A stretch of DNA of 63,750 nt, filler included, from Octopus bimaculoides (GCF_001194135.2; 4 parts of 4 records of this genome joined end to end with filler, not necessarily neighbours in it), one strand, 5' to 3'; shown: positions 49,532 through 62,243, counted from the first letter of the whole stretch. A program made the numbers and translations. The notes: generated from the sequence alone by a model not told the origin.

Positions 49532-50179
49532 NNNNNNNNNNNNNNNNNNNNNNNNNNNNNNNNNNNNNNNNNNNNNNNNNNNNNNNNNNNNNNNNNNNNN
49601 NNNNNNNNNNNNNNNNNNNNNNNNNNNNNNNNNNNNNNNNNNNNNNNNNNNNNNNNNNNNNNNNNNNNNNNNNNNNNNNNNNNNNNNNNNNNNNNNNNNN
49701 NNNNNNNNNNNNNNNNNNNNNNNNNNNNNNNNNNNNNNNNNNNNNNNNNNNNNNNNNNNNNNNNNNNNNNNNNNNNNNNNNNNNNNNNNNNNNNNNNNNN
49801 NNNNNNNNNNNNNNNNNNNNNNNNNNNNNNNNNNNNNNNNNNNNNNNNNNNNNNNNNNNNNNNNNNNNNNNNNNNNNNNNNNNNNNNNNNNNNNNNNNNN
49901 NNNNNNNNNNNNNNNNNNNNNNNNNNNNGGGGGGGGTGCGCATGGATGTGTGTGAATGTGCATATGTACATGCGCATGCTCGTAAAGTCATTTTATTGCA
50001 AGTCAGGAATATAACTTTTTATTTGAGACACCTATATTCTTTGTCATTGCTATGAAAGAATCCTTTTTTAAATAATCATCTCTCCATCAAATTAATCATT
50101 TATCTAGCTTATCTAGATATTTCTCTTATATAAACGGCCTGCTTATGGAGGTTGTCTATATCTCTCTGTCTCTGTCGTA

Positions 50180-50210
<31 letters not shown>

Positions 50211-50287
50211 ACTCACTCTTTATCTATCCATCTACCTACATATATACCTACCTACATACATAGATGCACTCATACCTCCCTGCTTCC

Positions 50288-50341
<54 letters not shown>

Positions 50342-50764
50342 GTCTGTCTGTCTACCTATATATTTGTCTATCTACCTACTTACCAATCTATCTATCCATC
50401 TATCTATCCATCTGTCTGTCTGTCACTCTCTCTCTTTAGCTATCTATCAATTATCTTTCCATTTATTTATCTACTACCTACCTGCCTACCTACCTACCTT
50501 CCTACCTACCTACCTACCTACCTACCTACCTACCTAAATAAATAAATAAATAAATAACTATCTATCTATCTACACAGCTATCATAATCTGAGGGGAGGAG
50601 GGTGTGGAATTTCTGACTAGGAAGATCTATCGGATACTTAGAAGTAACCATTACGAATCAGAGAAACAATTACTGGCCTCTGTAATCAAAATATTGGGCA
50701 CCATAGTAGTTTTCCGTTAGGCAAGGAAGTATTGTAACATTTTGGTTTGAAAGGAGTCATTCAC

Positions 50765-50929
50765 CACAGAAAAATGATTCTTGTCTGAAACATCAATGCT
50801 CCAGACTCTTCCACCGCTACAATAGCGAGACAATGATGGAGCCTCTGTGGAAGTACTTTTTAAAGTGGATGGTGAAAGTTTTACATGAGTACGAGGGTCA
50901 AAGGAAGCGGTCAGAGAGAACACATGTAC
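50765..50929 (-). CDS. Candidate exon: VHVFSLTASFDPRTHVKLSPSTLKSTSTEAPSLSRYCSGGRVWSIDVSDKNHFSV
   Basis: Strong acceptor (T)11-aaatgtccag, 165 nt open in phase 0, donor GTG|GTGAAT. Read in phase 1 it gives CTCVLSDRFL* (possible terminal exon). Confidence 0.45.
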
Positions 50930-52122
50930 CTGGACATTTAAAAAAAAAAAATCTGTATCTCCTATTTAAGTATTATCTTTAGAATAACTTTAAAGTAATA
51001 TTATGACAAACTGCTTGTTAGCAACAATCACAACACCGACACTATGACAATAACAACGTCAGCAGTAATTATCGATGATAAAAGACTTCGAAATGTGAAT
51101 AAATAAATAGACAAGATCGANNNNNNNNNNATATATATATATATATATATATAGTAAGAGGAGGAATATAATATCCAGGCAGATACACTATTTATCTTTG
51201 TAAAATGTCAAGACTGGTTCCTTCAGACGGTGCGTTTTATGGCAAACTTTCTTTAACTCACATCCGAAATTACAGTTTATTTTTTGGCTACATATATATG
51301 AGGTAGTTTTGGTGAATCATTGTCGGGCATAACTTTAAAGAAGGTTGTATAATGCCCCTACCTCCTTTTCCTACACACATCTGAGCATCGACTTTTTCCA
51401 GCTACCGCTTTTTCCAAATGTACTGAAGAAGTTGGGGAGGTCTTCACTTCGAAATATAGAAATACAAGGTAAAACTGCAACTTTGTTTTTGTTTTGTTTT
51501 CATTTTGTAGTTTACTTTGTACCTTCTCGCATTTTTCCGACCTTACACAACAACCCTCTTTAACACACACACACCACTTGTAAATATAAATTATAAACAA
51601 TAAACAAAAGTTCAATTTAAAACACATTGTCAAAGTTTGTAGATATTTTCATACATGCAATAAAGATGACCACTACATCTGTAGCGTCAGGTAAATTCCA
51701 CACTTGTGTGCGCATATACTTGCATACATGGATGCGATGTATTTAAATGTGCTTTAAAAGAGCGTTTAAAATGTTAGTAAAAGAAAGATTGTAACAGATG
51801 AAGAAGTTTAACAAACCCTATTCACAGTCACTTGAAACCGCAGCCAAGTTTTATTTTCTTAACCACATCACAGTTTAAAATTAGAATCATTCGTGACAGA
51901 CTACCAGTCTAGGAATAACAACATTCCTTTCTAACACAAGGCATGACGATTCTGAAAACAGTTATAGATAATGTTCTTCTTGTTCTGACTAAGCCACTAA
52001 ATACACAAAAGATAATAAGATACATTGTGTCCGGGGATGGTCTGGTGCAGAAAAAAAGCAATAACTATGTGACACCTGGTGTTTGTTCTTTATTCAAGAC
52101 CCAAGTTACCAAGGTGACTTAC

Positions 52123-52220
52123 CAAAAGTTGATAACATTGCAGTGCAAAATAAAGGCAGTAAAACATTACTTTTCTTTCATATATCTTCAAGTCTCCGAT
52201 AACCAGGTTCATGTTGCTCT
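52123..52220 (-). CDS. Candidate exon ending MFYCLYFALQCYQLL (ATG at 52167)
   Basis: Perfect donor TTG|GTAAGT in phase 0 and an open frame SNMNLVIGDLKIYERKVMFYCLYFALQCYQLL; the 5' boundary is uncertain because it abuts the MITE TSD. Confidence 0.45.
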
Positions 52221-52224
52221 AACT

Positions 52225-52643
52225 CAGTGGTTCTCAACTGGGGTCCCTATGGCCCTTGGGGGTTATTAAAATTTATGTGCAAGAAATTGATTATATTTCA
52301 ACAATACACAAACTATTTTAACAATTTTTTAATACAATTCCGAATGATATTCTTTTCTACTCTAGGTCCGAAATTTTGAGGGAGGGTGCCAGTCGATTAG
52401 ATCGACCCCAGTACGCAACTGGTACTTAATTTATCGACCCCGAAAGGATGAAAGGCAAAGTCGACCTTGCCGGAATTTGAAATCAGAACGTAAAGACAGA
52501 CGAAATACCGTTAAGCATTTCGCACAATTCCTAATGATACTAAATTATTAAAATACGAAAAGAGTATTTTTATCATGGTGGTCCAGCAAAGTAAAATAGG
52601 AATCAAAGGAGTCAATGGGCACGAAAATGTTTGAGAACCGCTG
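52225..52643. mobile_element. hAT MITE carrying a nested SINE
   Basis: TIRs CAGTGGTTCTCAA / TTGAGAACCGCTG; TSD ctctaact / ctctaaag (6 of 8). Confidence 0.85.
52365..52525 (-). mobile_element. tRNA-derived SINE nested in the MITE
   Basis: atcgaccccgaaaggatgaaaggcaaagtcgac...gaatttgaa, the reverse of the SINE at 47841. Confidence 0.85.
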
Positions 52644-52724
52644 CTCTAAAGTAATGTATTGCATCTTATTCTAGTCTCCCGGATAAAACTTATTTTACTT
52701 TAAATACAAAATTAATTTCCGTAC

Positions 52725-52927
52725 ATGTTTTGTTTAACTGTAGATGATTTGTATTCCAATCGATTTTGATCGAAACCGCTGCAGCTATGACCATCCCATT
52801 TTTATTTAGAAATTGTATTTCGAGGACTACAGGACCCCTTTGTAAGATATTAGTGTTTGATTTTAAGAAAACCTGGTTGTTATTTCTTGTAGAGGTAACT
52901 CCTTCGCAGTTTAATTCTGAGCCATGG
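52725..52927 (-). CDS. Candidate exon: HGSELNCEGVTSTRNNNQVFLKSNTNILQRGPVVLEIQFLNKNGMVIAAAVSIKIDWNTNHLQLNKT
   Basis: Acceptor ttttatttggatcatgtttag. The frame stays open for about 79 codons in AT-rich DNA. Donor T|GTACGG, or AAA|GTAAAA at 52699. No TE motif recognised. Confidence 0.5.
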
Positions 52928-52968
52928 CTAAACATGATCCAAATAAAATGAGTGGTGTATGTACATAA

Positions 52969-53002
<34 letters not shown>

Positions 53003-53009
53003 TTTATAT

Positions 53010-53150
53010 TTTCCTTGTTCCAGTCATTAGACTGCGGCCTTGCTGGGATACTGCTTTGAAGAATTTTTAGTCGAATGAATCGACCCCATTTTTTTAAAAC
53101 CTGGTACTTGTTCTAGTGGTCTCTTTTGCCGAACTGGCAAGCACAGGTCA
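53010..53150 (-). mobile_element. SINE 3' fragment
   Basis: cagtcattagactgcggcc...tttagtcgaatgaatcgacccc...ctggtactt. Confidence 0.65.
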
Positions 53151-53394
53151 AGCAGTAATTTATCCCGGAAAAGTACAAGACAAGAAGAAAAGAAATTAGA
53201 CTGTTGCTTCAGGAATTAAAATTTGCAAAATGAATTTCTGAAATTAACCTCTTCAGCAACTTTTCCATCCCACGTGTTTAGTTTTGTTTAGCCCATTCTC
53301 TGGAGGAAACATGTGGGATGGAAGAGTCGCTGAAGAGGCCTCAGACGTATGACAAAGAGTTCCAGATTTCTGAAATTGTTCATAAAATAGGGTG

Positions 53395-53823
53395 TGGAAT
53401 TTTTAGTTCATATATGTGGCTCGTTGATTGTTGTTGTTGTCACTTAAAGCATGCGGAACCCATGCTCCATACTTTTGAACCTTTCCCATCGAGTGAAGAT
53501 GCTTTCTCTGCCAGTTCCCTTGTTGTTTGACGAGAATGTTCGTGCAAAAGTTGGTTTAATCGCTCTTCATCGCACTCAACTGGACGGCCAGAACGAGGTG
53601 CGTCTTTGAGGTAAAAATTTCCATTTTTGAACTTGGCATACCAATCACGAGCGGTTCTTTCAGCTATGGCACCCTCTCCATGCACAGCACAAATGTCGCG
53701 AGAAGCTTTTGCGGCCTTAGACCCTTCATTAAAAGCAAAAGGAAGGTGTCGAAAATGCTCGATTTTCTTAATTTGACATTCCATTTTAATGATCAGAAAA
53801 TGAATAATGATTAACTAAAAATT
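53395..53823 (-). mobile_element. Mariner (Mos1-like) transposase 5' fragment
   Basis: EHFRHL.FAFNEG..A.....ICAVHGEGAIAERTARDWYAKFKNGNF.LKDAPRSGRP, then a frameshifted WVPH motif. Confidence 0.9.
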
Positions 53824-55329
53824 NNNNNNNNNNNNNNNNNNNNNNNNNNNNNNNNNNNNNNNNNNNNNNNNNNNNNNNNNNNNNNNNNNNNNNNNNNNNN
53901 NNNNNNNNNNNNNNNNNNNNNNNNNNNNNNNNNNNNNNNNNNNNNNNNNNNNNNNNNNNNNNNNNNNNNNNNNNNNNNNATATATAAATCAAAGGTAGGA
54001 CAGGGAGAACACAACAAGCCGAAATCAACAAAACATAACGTGGAAAAATAGACGATAGCATAACGAACGGCAACCAGGACAAAAACATGATACACGGATC
54101 ATTCGCAACCGATTTCCACTTCAGTCAGAGTCCGGAAAGTCCTTGTAGTTTTGCGCTCTTTTATCTCCGAGACTATTCTAATCCGGCGAGCGCCAGGGAC
54201 TTAAGCTAAACGCATTAAGCCTCTGGGAAAGGCAAACGAATATATACAAGAACAAAAATAAGAACGGAAACAAAAACGAGAAAGCTAGGTTTTATACAAG
54301 TACAACATAAATAAGTAACAAAAAGGGTCTTTCGACTATCAGACGAACATAGTAGGCTGGCACAAATGAAACATCTTAACAGTCCGGGTGGGACATATGT
54401 GTATGTGTGTGTGTGTATGTGTGTGTGTGTGTGCGTGTGTGTGTGTGTATGCTTTTTGTTGCATATTTTTTTAATTTAATTCAATGTTTTTGAATTGAAA
54501 ATTTCTTTGTATAAAGCTACATTTCAGTCTTATTTTTAGTATTATACTTTTTATTTATTTCCTTTACAAAACCCATTACCCCAAAATTTTAAATCACAGA
54601 TATTGTGTTAAAATTAAACTCATATAGAATATATGCAATTCAAAAAATAGGAATAAAAAATAATAAAAAACTATTTTAAGAAACAAGACAATTAAGTTCT
54701 GTAAAGTCTGCATTCTCAGATAACAAAATATTTTCTATTTAGTTAGAACATTTTTAAAAACGAAAGATAATAAACAAATTGAGTGCAAAATGTAGAAATG
54801 ACTCTCTCGCTGTTTTAAAAAACTTACAGGTTATAATACATTATCAATTTTATTTAAATTGCCATTACACATTTTTTTTAAGTATATAAAGCACTAAAAT
54901 TGTAATATTAAATTTTTAACGAATAAACATGTAGACAATTAGGCTTTTCACTAAAATTGTAAAGAAATAGCTTTTTGGGTATTCTAATTTAAACTTTTAT
55001 ATAAAATACAAATATCAAAGGGCATTTATTACTACTTTAGTTTTTAAATTCTAACAATATTCTAATTTTTTTTCTTTCTTGTCCTGTTCTTTTCCAGGTT
55101 TAATTATTGCTTGTTCCTTTCTTCCACAGAGTTAAGTCTTAAGAATATTTCAGCACTCTACACCTGCATCTTTCATCTTAGTCCACTTTTTTCCAGTTTA
55201 CTTTTAAACTTTTCATTCTAGTAATACTAAAAATAAGTCAGACAAATTTCAGCTTAACCTGAATAAATTTTTAAATGAAATATATTAACTATTTTTTAAA
55301 AAATTGTAATAATAATCAAAGCATAAGAA

Positions 55330-55925
55330 ATATAAAAAATAAAAAATAAAGAAGAGCACAAGCTATTTGATGAACAATTTCAGAAACATATTTTGATCCA
55401 GATTTTTCCAAGTACCTTCAGTTTCATTTATCTAAGCTTTTGCTTCGTAGCTAGTCACATATCTGGTCAATATCGTACTGTTTTTTTCAATATACTAACA
55501 TCCAACATTTGCCTGCCTTATTAAAAGCAGTAAAGGATTGTAATCATTGATAAATTTTTCAGATGATTCTCTTTGAAGTTGATGAAGTCTTTTAACGCAT
55601 TTTCCATTTCTTTTTAATTTGACACTTTTAACAGTAGCGAAGAAATTGAATCTTCTTTCAGCCTTAGAAAAACCAAATTGACATTTTTTGACCGCATTTT
55701 TTGCTTTTACTTCTGAAGCATTTGCGCTCAAATGCCTGGATTCTTTCCCCTGCAAGTTTTGTTGCATGAATGCATTTGAAAACGATCGACCAAGTTGTAA
55801 AGAATGAGGTTAGATACTGAACATGGCAGTCTGCAAGTAAGACGTGGTTCTATAATTTGGGGAAGATTTTCTGGAGAATCTTTATCATAAATTTTCATAT
55901 GAACAGGGGGAGACCCTCTTTGTTA
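55330..55925 (-). mobile_element. Helitron/Helentron Rep-domain fragment
   Basis: RLTCRLP...VDRFQMHSCNK...KCQFGFSK...INDYNPLLLLIRQANVGC*YI...RYVTSY; matches from memory the QxHxH/CRFGFP/NxYNP..WQANMD...Y pattern of Rep-Hel proteins. Confidence 0.65.
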
Positions 55926-56299
55926 ATACGCTATTCTCCAAAAATAATATATCATGTTGCCAAATATTGGATTTTTTTGTCAAAAATAGTTTATTGTATG
56001 TATTCGGTGATAAAAATGTTAATAACAGCAGCACCATTATTTACAAACAAAGTATTTGTTTCGTCAGTTTCAATATATATTTTTATTCCTATAAACAGAT
56101 TTGAAGCGCCGAGTGAGGTGATATTTTACAGAGAATAAAAGAAATAACGAACACAGAATAACTGTGAAAACAGCTTAGAAGATCGGGTAAATACCCTTAG
56201 AAAACAGAAAAAAAGTGATTAGTAAGCCGTTACAGAGGATCATGTCCTGTAACTTTGAAATTCCAGCTAAGCATTCTGTACCATAAGCTAAGCGACGCC

Positions 56300-57235
56300 C
56301 TACATCAGATACCATCTTTTATAAGGCTCACCGTGATCATCAAGATCCCTTGACTGATGCAGCCAATCGTTGGGGGCACCACTCCAGGTACTTTAATAGT
56401 CAGCTGTCGTCACTAGTCTCTGCTGTCTGCCATGCGTAGAAAGTTCGCTGTGTTCTAACTTATCCAATCCTTGTCAACCCAGGATTTTCTCTGCATGCCT
56501 CTCTTTCGCCCTTCCCTCAATTGAAGAATGGTTTTGGACAGGGTTTGTGGTGAGATATATGATCGTATCAAGAAAGCTTTCGTCTTTTACCCGTGCAAGG
56601 AGTAGTTCCAGCCTGTCAGCATATCTATTGACTTGCTGCCTGACAAAGCTGTTCGCTTTGTGCTCTGTATACGGGATGTGTGACAGCCTTCTGAAACATT
56701 TGCGCTCAAATGCCTGGATTTTTCGTTCCTTGTCAGCTGTAAGAGTCCAGCTCTCACCCCCATACAGAAGGATCGAAGACGCCAGGGCCTTGCACATTCA
56801 GAGTCTGGTTGTAAAACTAATAGAATTGTTTTTCCACATGTTGTTCAGCTTCGATGTGGCAGCAGAGTTTTCTTGTTATCTCCTTTAGAGATCTGCCGTC
56901 CTCGGTCAAAGTGAATCATCGGTAATGGAAGGTGTGCACTTCAACAAGTCTCTCTCCGTTTAGCATGATGTTGGTTGTTGTGTTTTTGGTCGTTACTATT
57001 AATCAGAATCTTGCGCTTTTGTGAGCTGATCTCCATCCCGTATGCTCCTCATGCATTTTCCAATCTGGCGGTAATCCCTTGTAGTTCTGCTTTACTGCTT
57101 CCTAACAGTTCATTATCATCGGCAAAGCTCAAACTTGGGCCTTCCTCCAATGGAAACAGAGGGAAAGAGATCTTGAAGTGACTCCTGCATGATGTTCTTC
57201 AAGAAGATGTTGAAAAGCACTGCTGCAATTGCCAA
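56300..57235 (-). mobile_element. RTE-clade LINE, RT C-terminal half and 3' UTR
   Basis: VLFNIFLKNIMQ, FADDNEL, AYGMEIS, ILLYGGESWTL...IQAFERKCFRRL. Confidence 0.85.
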
Positions 57236-57309
57236 AACGCAATGTGCCAAATATGGCCAAAGGCCTTTTTAAGCGTATGAGGTTGGGGAGGGAGGAAGAA
57301 ACATACTCA

Positions 57310-58620
57310 CAAACTTAACAGGTACGTCTTGGATATCTTTGGTTTGGCTGAAGTCAGGTGGACTAGATTTGGCAACACGACAACAAATGAAGGTCACAAA
57401 CTGTAGAACAGTGGAGATTACACCAAGCATGAACATGCAATGGGTTTCATTATTAACAAAGCCAAAGTGCGTTCAATCATCAACTGTACACCAGTATCCA
57501 GTAGGCTCATCCTCATACGTGTGGCGTCAAAACTAAAGAATATTACCATCATACAAGTCTATGCGCCAACACTTGAACATGTGATGATGCCTTTGAGGAA
57601 TTCTTTGAGGAACTGAAGAGAATCACCAAGCCAGCTCCTAACAAAACTGCTGTCATTGTCCTAGGGCACTGAAACGCCAAAGTAGGTATGGATGCATATG
57701 ACCAATGGGCTGGGACAGTGGTACAATTCAGGGTCGGAGAAACCAGCGATCGTGGACTGCAACTCCTAGAATTTGCTAGCAAGCACACATTGACCTTAAC
57801 CAACACACTGTTCCTACTCAAGACCTCACGCAAAACAGCGATAACATCTCACACCTTAAAAGTTCAAGTCTAGGATCAACAAGGCTATGACTAGAACTTA
57901 CTATCGCGGATGTAAACAGTGATCCTGATTTGGTCATGGTGACAATGAGGCTCAAACTGATAAGGACCACTCAAGAAAAGAACAACATATAATAGGTTTG
58001 ATGTAGACAAATAGAAAGATCCCAGGGTTGTCTCGGAGTTTGAAGCGAAAGTGGGTGGCAGTTTGCAGCCCTTAACGATTTAGAAGTTGATATAAACTCC
58101 CTGACCAACAACATCAAGGAAACGCTTCAGGAAATAGCTCTAGAAGTGCTTGGGAAAATAAGAAAAAACCCATGTGTCTTTGATTGATGACATGATAGAT
58201 CTATGCTCAAAGATTGGAAATCTTAAGGAGTAGGTCACATTCCATCAGAACCCCTTATAACATGGAGGGCCAAATTTTATCAAGGTACTAACAATTACAT
58301 GTTGGAAGAAATTAGAGATGAAGCAGTGGCCAAAGGAGTGGAACCAATCACTGATAATACTCATTCCAATGAAAGGCAACTTAAAACTACCAGAATTATA
58401 GAACAATCAGCCTAGTTAGCCACCCTAGCAAAGTACTGCTAAGAATTCTGCAAAGCAGACTTAAGTGGAGGGCAGAGAAAATCCTTGCAGAAGAACAGGC
58501 CGGATTTAGGCTCCAAAGGAGTACTGTGGAGCAAGATATTTAACATTAGACTGCTCACTGAGAAACATCTGCAACAATAATCTGACCTTTATTACAACTT
58601 CATCGATTTCAAAAATACCT
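57310..58620 (+). mobile_element. RTE-clade LINE, APE endonuclease and RT N-terminus (inverted relative to 56300-57235)
   Basis: DIFGLAEVRW, IIQVYAPT, NAKVG, RGLQLLEFA, EQAGFR..RST, NFIDFKNTF. Confidence 0.85.
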
Positions 58621-58639
58621 TTATAATACGAAATATCTT

Positions 58640-59640
58640 AAAATGAAATTTTTTTAATTAGTTAAAATGATCACCTTTTTTAATCGCTTAAAGCCACATC
58701 ACTTTTTTTTAGCTAATATTTTTTGATAAGTTTTTACCATAAGATTCTTCTTATAGAGCTCTTTCATTTGAACACAACTACTGTATGGTTTTCTTTTATG
58801 AGAGCTGAAATATTTCGATTTAAAGTCAATTTTGGTAGTTATTTGCCATTGTTTTTGACAGTTAAAGCCACATTACTTTTCCTAGCAAATATTCTTCAAT
58901 GAGGTTTTGACCAAAAGATTTTTCTCAAAGACCACATTCTTTTAGATCTAATTAATCTATTATTTTCTTTTAACTGAGATATTTTGATTCAAAGTCAACT
59001 TTTGGCCTTACTCTCCCATTTTTGAACTTATAGTTTGATCTAACCCTTCTTATGAACCAAATTTCCCTTATTTTATCTCTAAATTAGCTTAGGACCGGAC
59101 CATCATTGCTAAAAATGCAGTATTTAATTTGGTTGAGAAATGAATTAGTGCCGAAGCCTAGAAGTGCTCGCAAATGACTAAAAGTTGACCTAAAAAGATA
59201 TCCACCCACTTCCGTGAGTGAATGATATATTTTTATAAACAAACATTGAAACGCCGAGTATGTTGGAATTTTATAGAAAATAAAGGTTACCTCGAACGCA
59301 GAATCGCTGTGAAAACGGAAGACAGAGTAAACACCCTTAGAAAACGGGGTATAAAAAACTGGCCAGCAAGCCGCTACATAGAATCAATCCTAGTACCTCT
59401 CGAATTCCGACTAAGTTCTCTGTACTATTAAGCTAAGCGATCCTTGACATCAAAGTCAATTTTTCGCCTTGCATTCCCATTTTTGACCTCACATATTTTG
59501 ATCTAACTTTTTTCTAATAAAACAAATTTCAATTATTTTATCTCCAAGTGTAGCTTAGGATTGGACCATCATAACCACAAATACTGCATTTAATTTTGTT
59601 GACAACTGAATTAGTGATAAAGTCTAGAAATCACTACACG
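58640..59640. repeat. AT-rich unclassified repeat with internal duplications
   Basis: aaagccacat.ac.ttt..tagc.aatatt at about 58690 and 58864; tagcttagga..ggaccatcat...gaattagtg at about 59083 and 59550; 59293-59445 matches 56145-56300. Confidence 0.65.
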
Positions 59641-60319
59641 CAACTTCCGCAAACCAATCAACGACTCATGTCAGCAACATTTGTACAGCACAAGCTACAC
59701 TGTCTTTGTATTGTGTTGTCGGTCTCTAAGGCGTTTTCATGTTATCGCTCGATTGAACCGTGTTAAATGAGAAAAATCTGTGGAAATGAACGAACCAGAG
59801 ATAATGTGGAAATGGTTTAAGTTTTAAAAGAAGAAATGTCAAAAGTCAAAGATATTTCATACTAAATACAAACATAGAATTGTAAAATATTATTAACAAA
59901 TTATATCTATGGCAATTTCCCATGATGTTTAACTTTTAATTAACATTTCTCTCGTAGGACACTAAAATATTCTTATTTGATTTCTCCTAAATTTGAAACC
60001 TCTCAGTAATTAAGTAATGCGATAAAATTTCATGGGGTTTTTTTTTCTCCATTTCAGACACATTCATAATTATTTAAGTCTGCCACTTAGATAATAATTA
60101 CAATGTGTTTTATTTTCGATAATTCATTTAAAGATGTTCAGCGGAAATATGACGCCTCTTCCGCAGCGATAGTGTTTGTCCAATATTTTTAGGGTATAAG
60201 GTGGTTGGTATTGTGACTATATCTACAACGATTTCGAACTCACCCAAGCACCATCGTTGAAAAAGACTTGACTTAAATGCATTCAAAATGTCATGGTTTG
60301 TAGGAATACTAATAGTTCT

Positions 60320-60517
60320 TTCTGTTATAGGCACAAGGCCTGAAATTTTGGAGGGGGTTCTAGCTGATTACTTCGACCCCTGTGCGCAACTGGTACTTAT
60401 TTTATTGACCCCGAAAAGATGAAAGGCAAAGTCGACTTCGGCAGAATTTGAACTCAGAACATAAAGACAGAGGATATGACGATAAGCATATTGTCCGGCG
60501 TACTAACGGTTCTGCCA
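60320..60517 (-). mobile_element. tRNA-derived SINE
   Basis: gaccccgaaaagatgaaaggcaaagtcgac...gaatttgaactcagaac. Confidence 0.85.
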
Positions 60518-61065
60518 TAATACTATCACTTAAGAAACAATAGCATCACCACTAAATTTCCACAACACATATATACTCTTGTCTCAATAAGCTCACTACA
60601 ACAATTTCCCCCCGATATCACTTTCTACTCTACAGACTTAGCTAGATTAATACACTTGGCAATCAACTTCCCTCTGGCCATTGACCGATCATCAAAACAG
60701 CACACATTTACTTAAGAAAGTAAATATTTTTACAAATTTCAAAATTGCAGTAGAATCAATTCCAGCAGGTCACAAAATCATGGTTTACAGATTTCCACAA
60801 TGCCACTATTGCAACTCAAACGCTGAAAACACACGCGCACACACACACACACACACNNNNNNNNNNNNNNNNNNNNNNNNNNNNNNNNNNNNNNNNNNNN
60901 NNNNNNNNNNNNNNNNNNNNNNNNNNNNNNNNNNNNNNNNNNNNNNNNNNNNNNNNNNNNNNNNNNNNNNNNNNNNNNNNNNNNNNNNNNNNNNNNNNNN
61001 NNNNNNACACACATACACACACGCACGCACGCACACACACACACACATACACACACGCACGCACG

Positions 61066-61101
<36 letters not shown>

Positions 61102-61782
61102 AACACACACACACACTAATGACATAACAGAAATACCCAATCTGATTAAAGTTAGGGACAACCCCTAACATAATACACCGAAAAATACGCAATTGAAGTG
61201 ATAATAAAAAAAGAAAAGAAAAATTCAGAAAAAGAACAACTAAACCAAGAAATAAACAAAAATCTACCTTTGAAAACTAGTAAACTTTTGCCTCCAACAT
61301 AACAAGAAAATAAACAGTAAAGCACTAGATTAATCATCATCATCGTCATTATCATCATCAAAAACAACAATAATAACAAGTAACATTACATCTCATGTCA
61401 CATTAACAACTTTGTAAAACCAAGCAAAAATCAGTCACTTAAATACAAAGAAAGAAAGCAAGAACACAAAGTGGGAAACAAAGAAGTTACTGTTAAGTTC
61501 ACGGTATTGTCTTTTTCCTTCTATTAAACATGTCCTGAATTGTCACATTGCACTCCATAAGACTCACTATTGCCTAAAATGACAGACCCATCAGTCTTAT
61601 CTAGATATGTATTTATAAACAAATATATGTATATACGCGTATTCATACAATATCACACACACACACACACACACAGACACACAGACACACACACACACAC
61701 ACACAGACACACACACACACACACACAAACATATAAACATAAACATAGAACTGTGTGTGCGTGTGTGTATTTATGTATGTAG

Positions 61783-61922
61783 ATGTGGCTGTATGGTAAG
61801 ACGCTTGGTTTCAGGTTCAGTCTCACTGCGTGGCACTTTGGGCAAATGTCTTCTACTATATCCTCGGGCTGGCGAAAGCTTTGTGAGCGAATTTGGTTGA
61901 CGGAAACTGAAAGACGCCGTCA
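61783..61922 (+). mobile_element. tRNA-derived SINE 5' half
   Basis: gtggctgtatggtaag...ggttcagtc...gtcttctactat..cgggc...tttggttgacggaaactg. Confidence 0.8.
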
Positions 61923-61924
61923 TA

Positions 61925-61963
<39 letters not shown>

Positions 61964-62243
61964 NNNNNNNNNNNNNNNNNNNNNNNNNNNNNNNNNNNNN
62001 NNNNNNNTTAATTAATTAANNNNNNNNNNNNNNNNNNNNNNNNNNNNNNNNNNNNNNNNNNNNACACACACACATACGTACACACACATACATACACACA
62101 CACACATGCGAACGCATAACCACACACAACCAGGCGCACTGCTTTCCTTAATCGATATTGCGGGTCATAAATTTTATCACAGTTGAAAGAATGCAGAGTG
62201 ACTTTCGATGAAAATACAAATAAAGGAATGAATACCTTTCAGA

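Noticed and set aside
51402-51468. Plus-strand exon-like segment (tttttccag ... CAAG|GTAAAA), also containing CTGAAGA...CGAAA
   Set aside because: Two frames are open, no partner exons were found on the plus strand, and hammerhead stem I does not pair.
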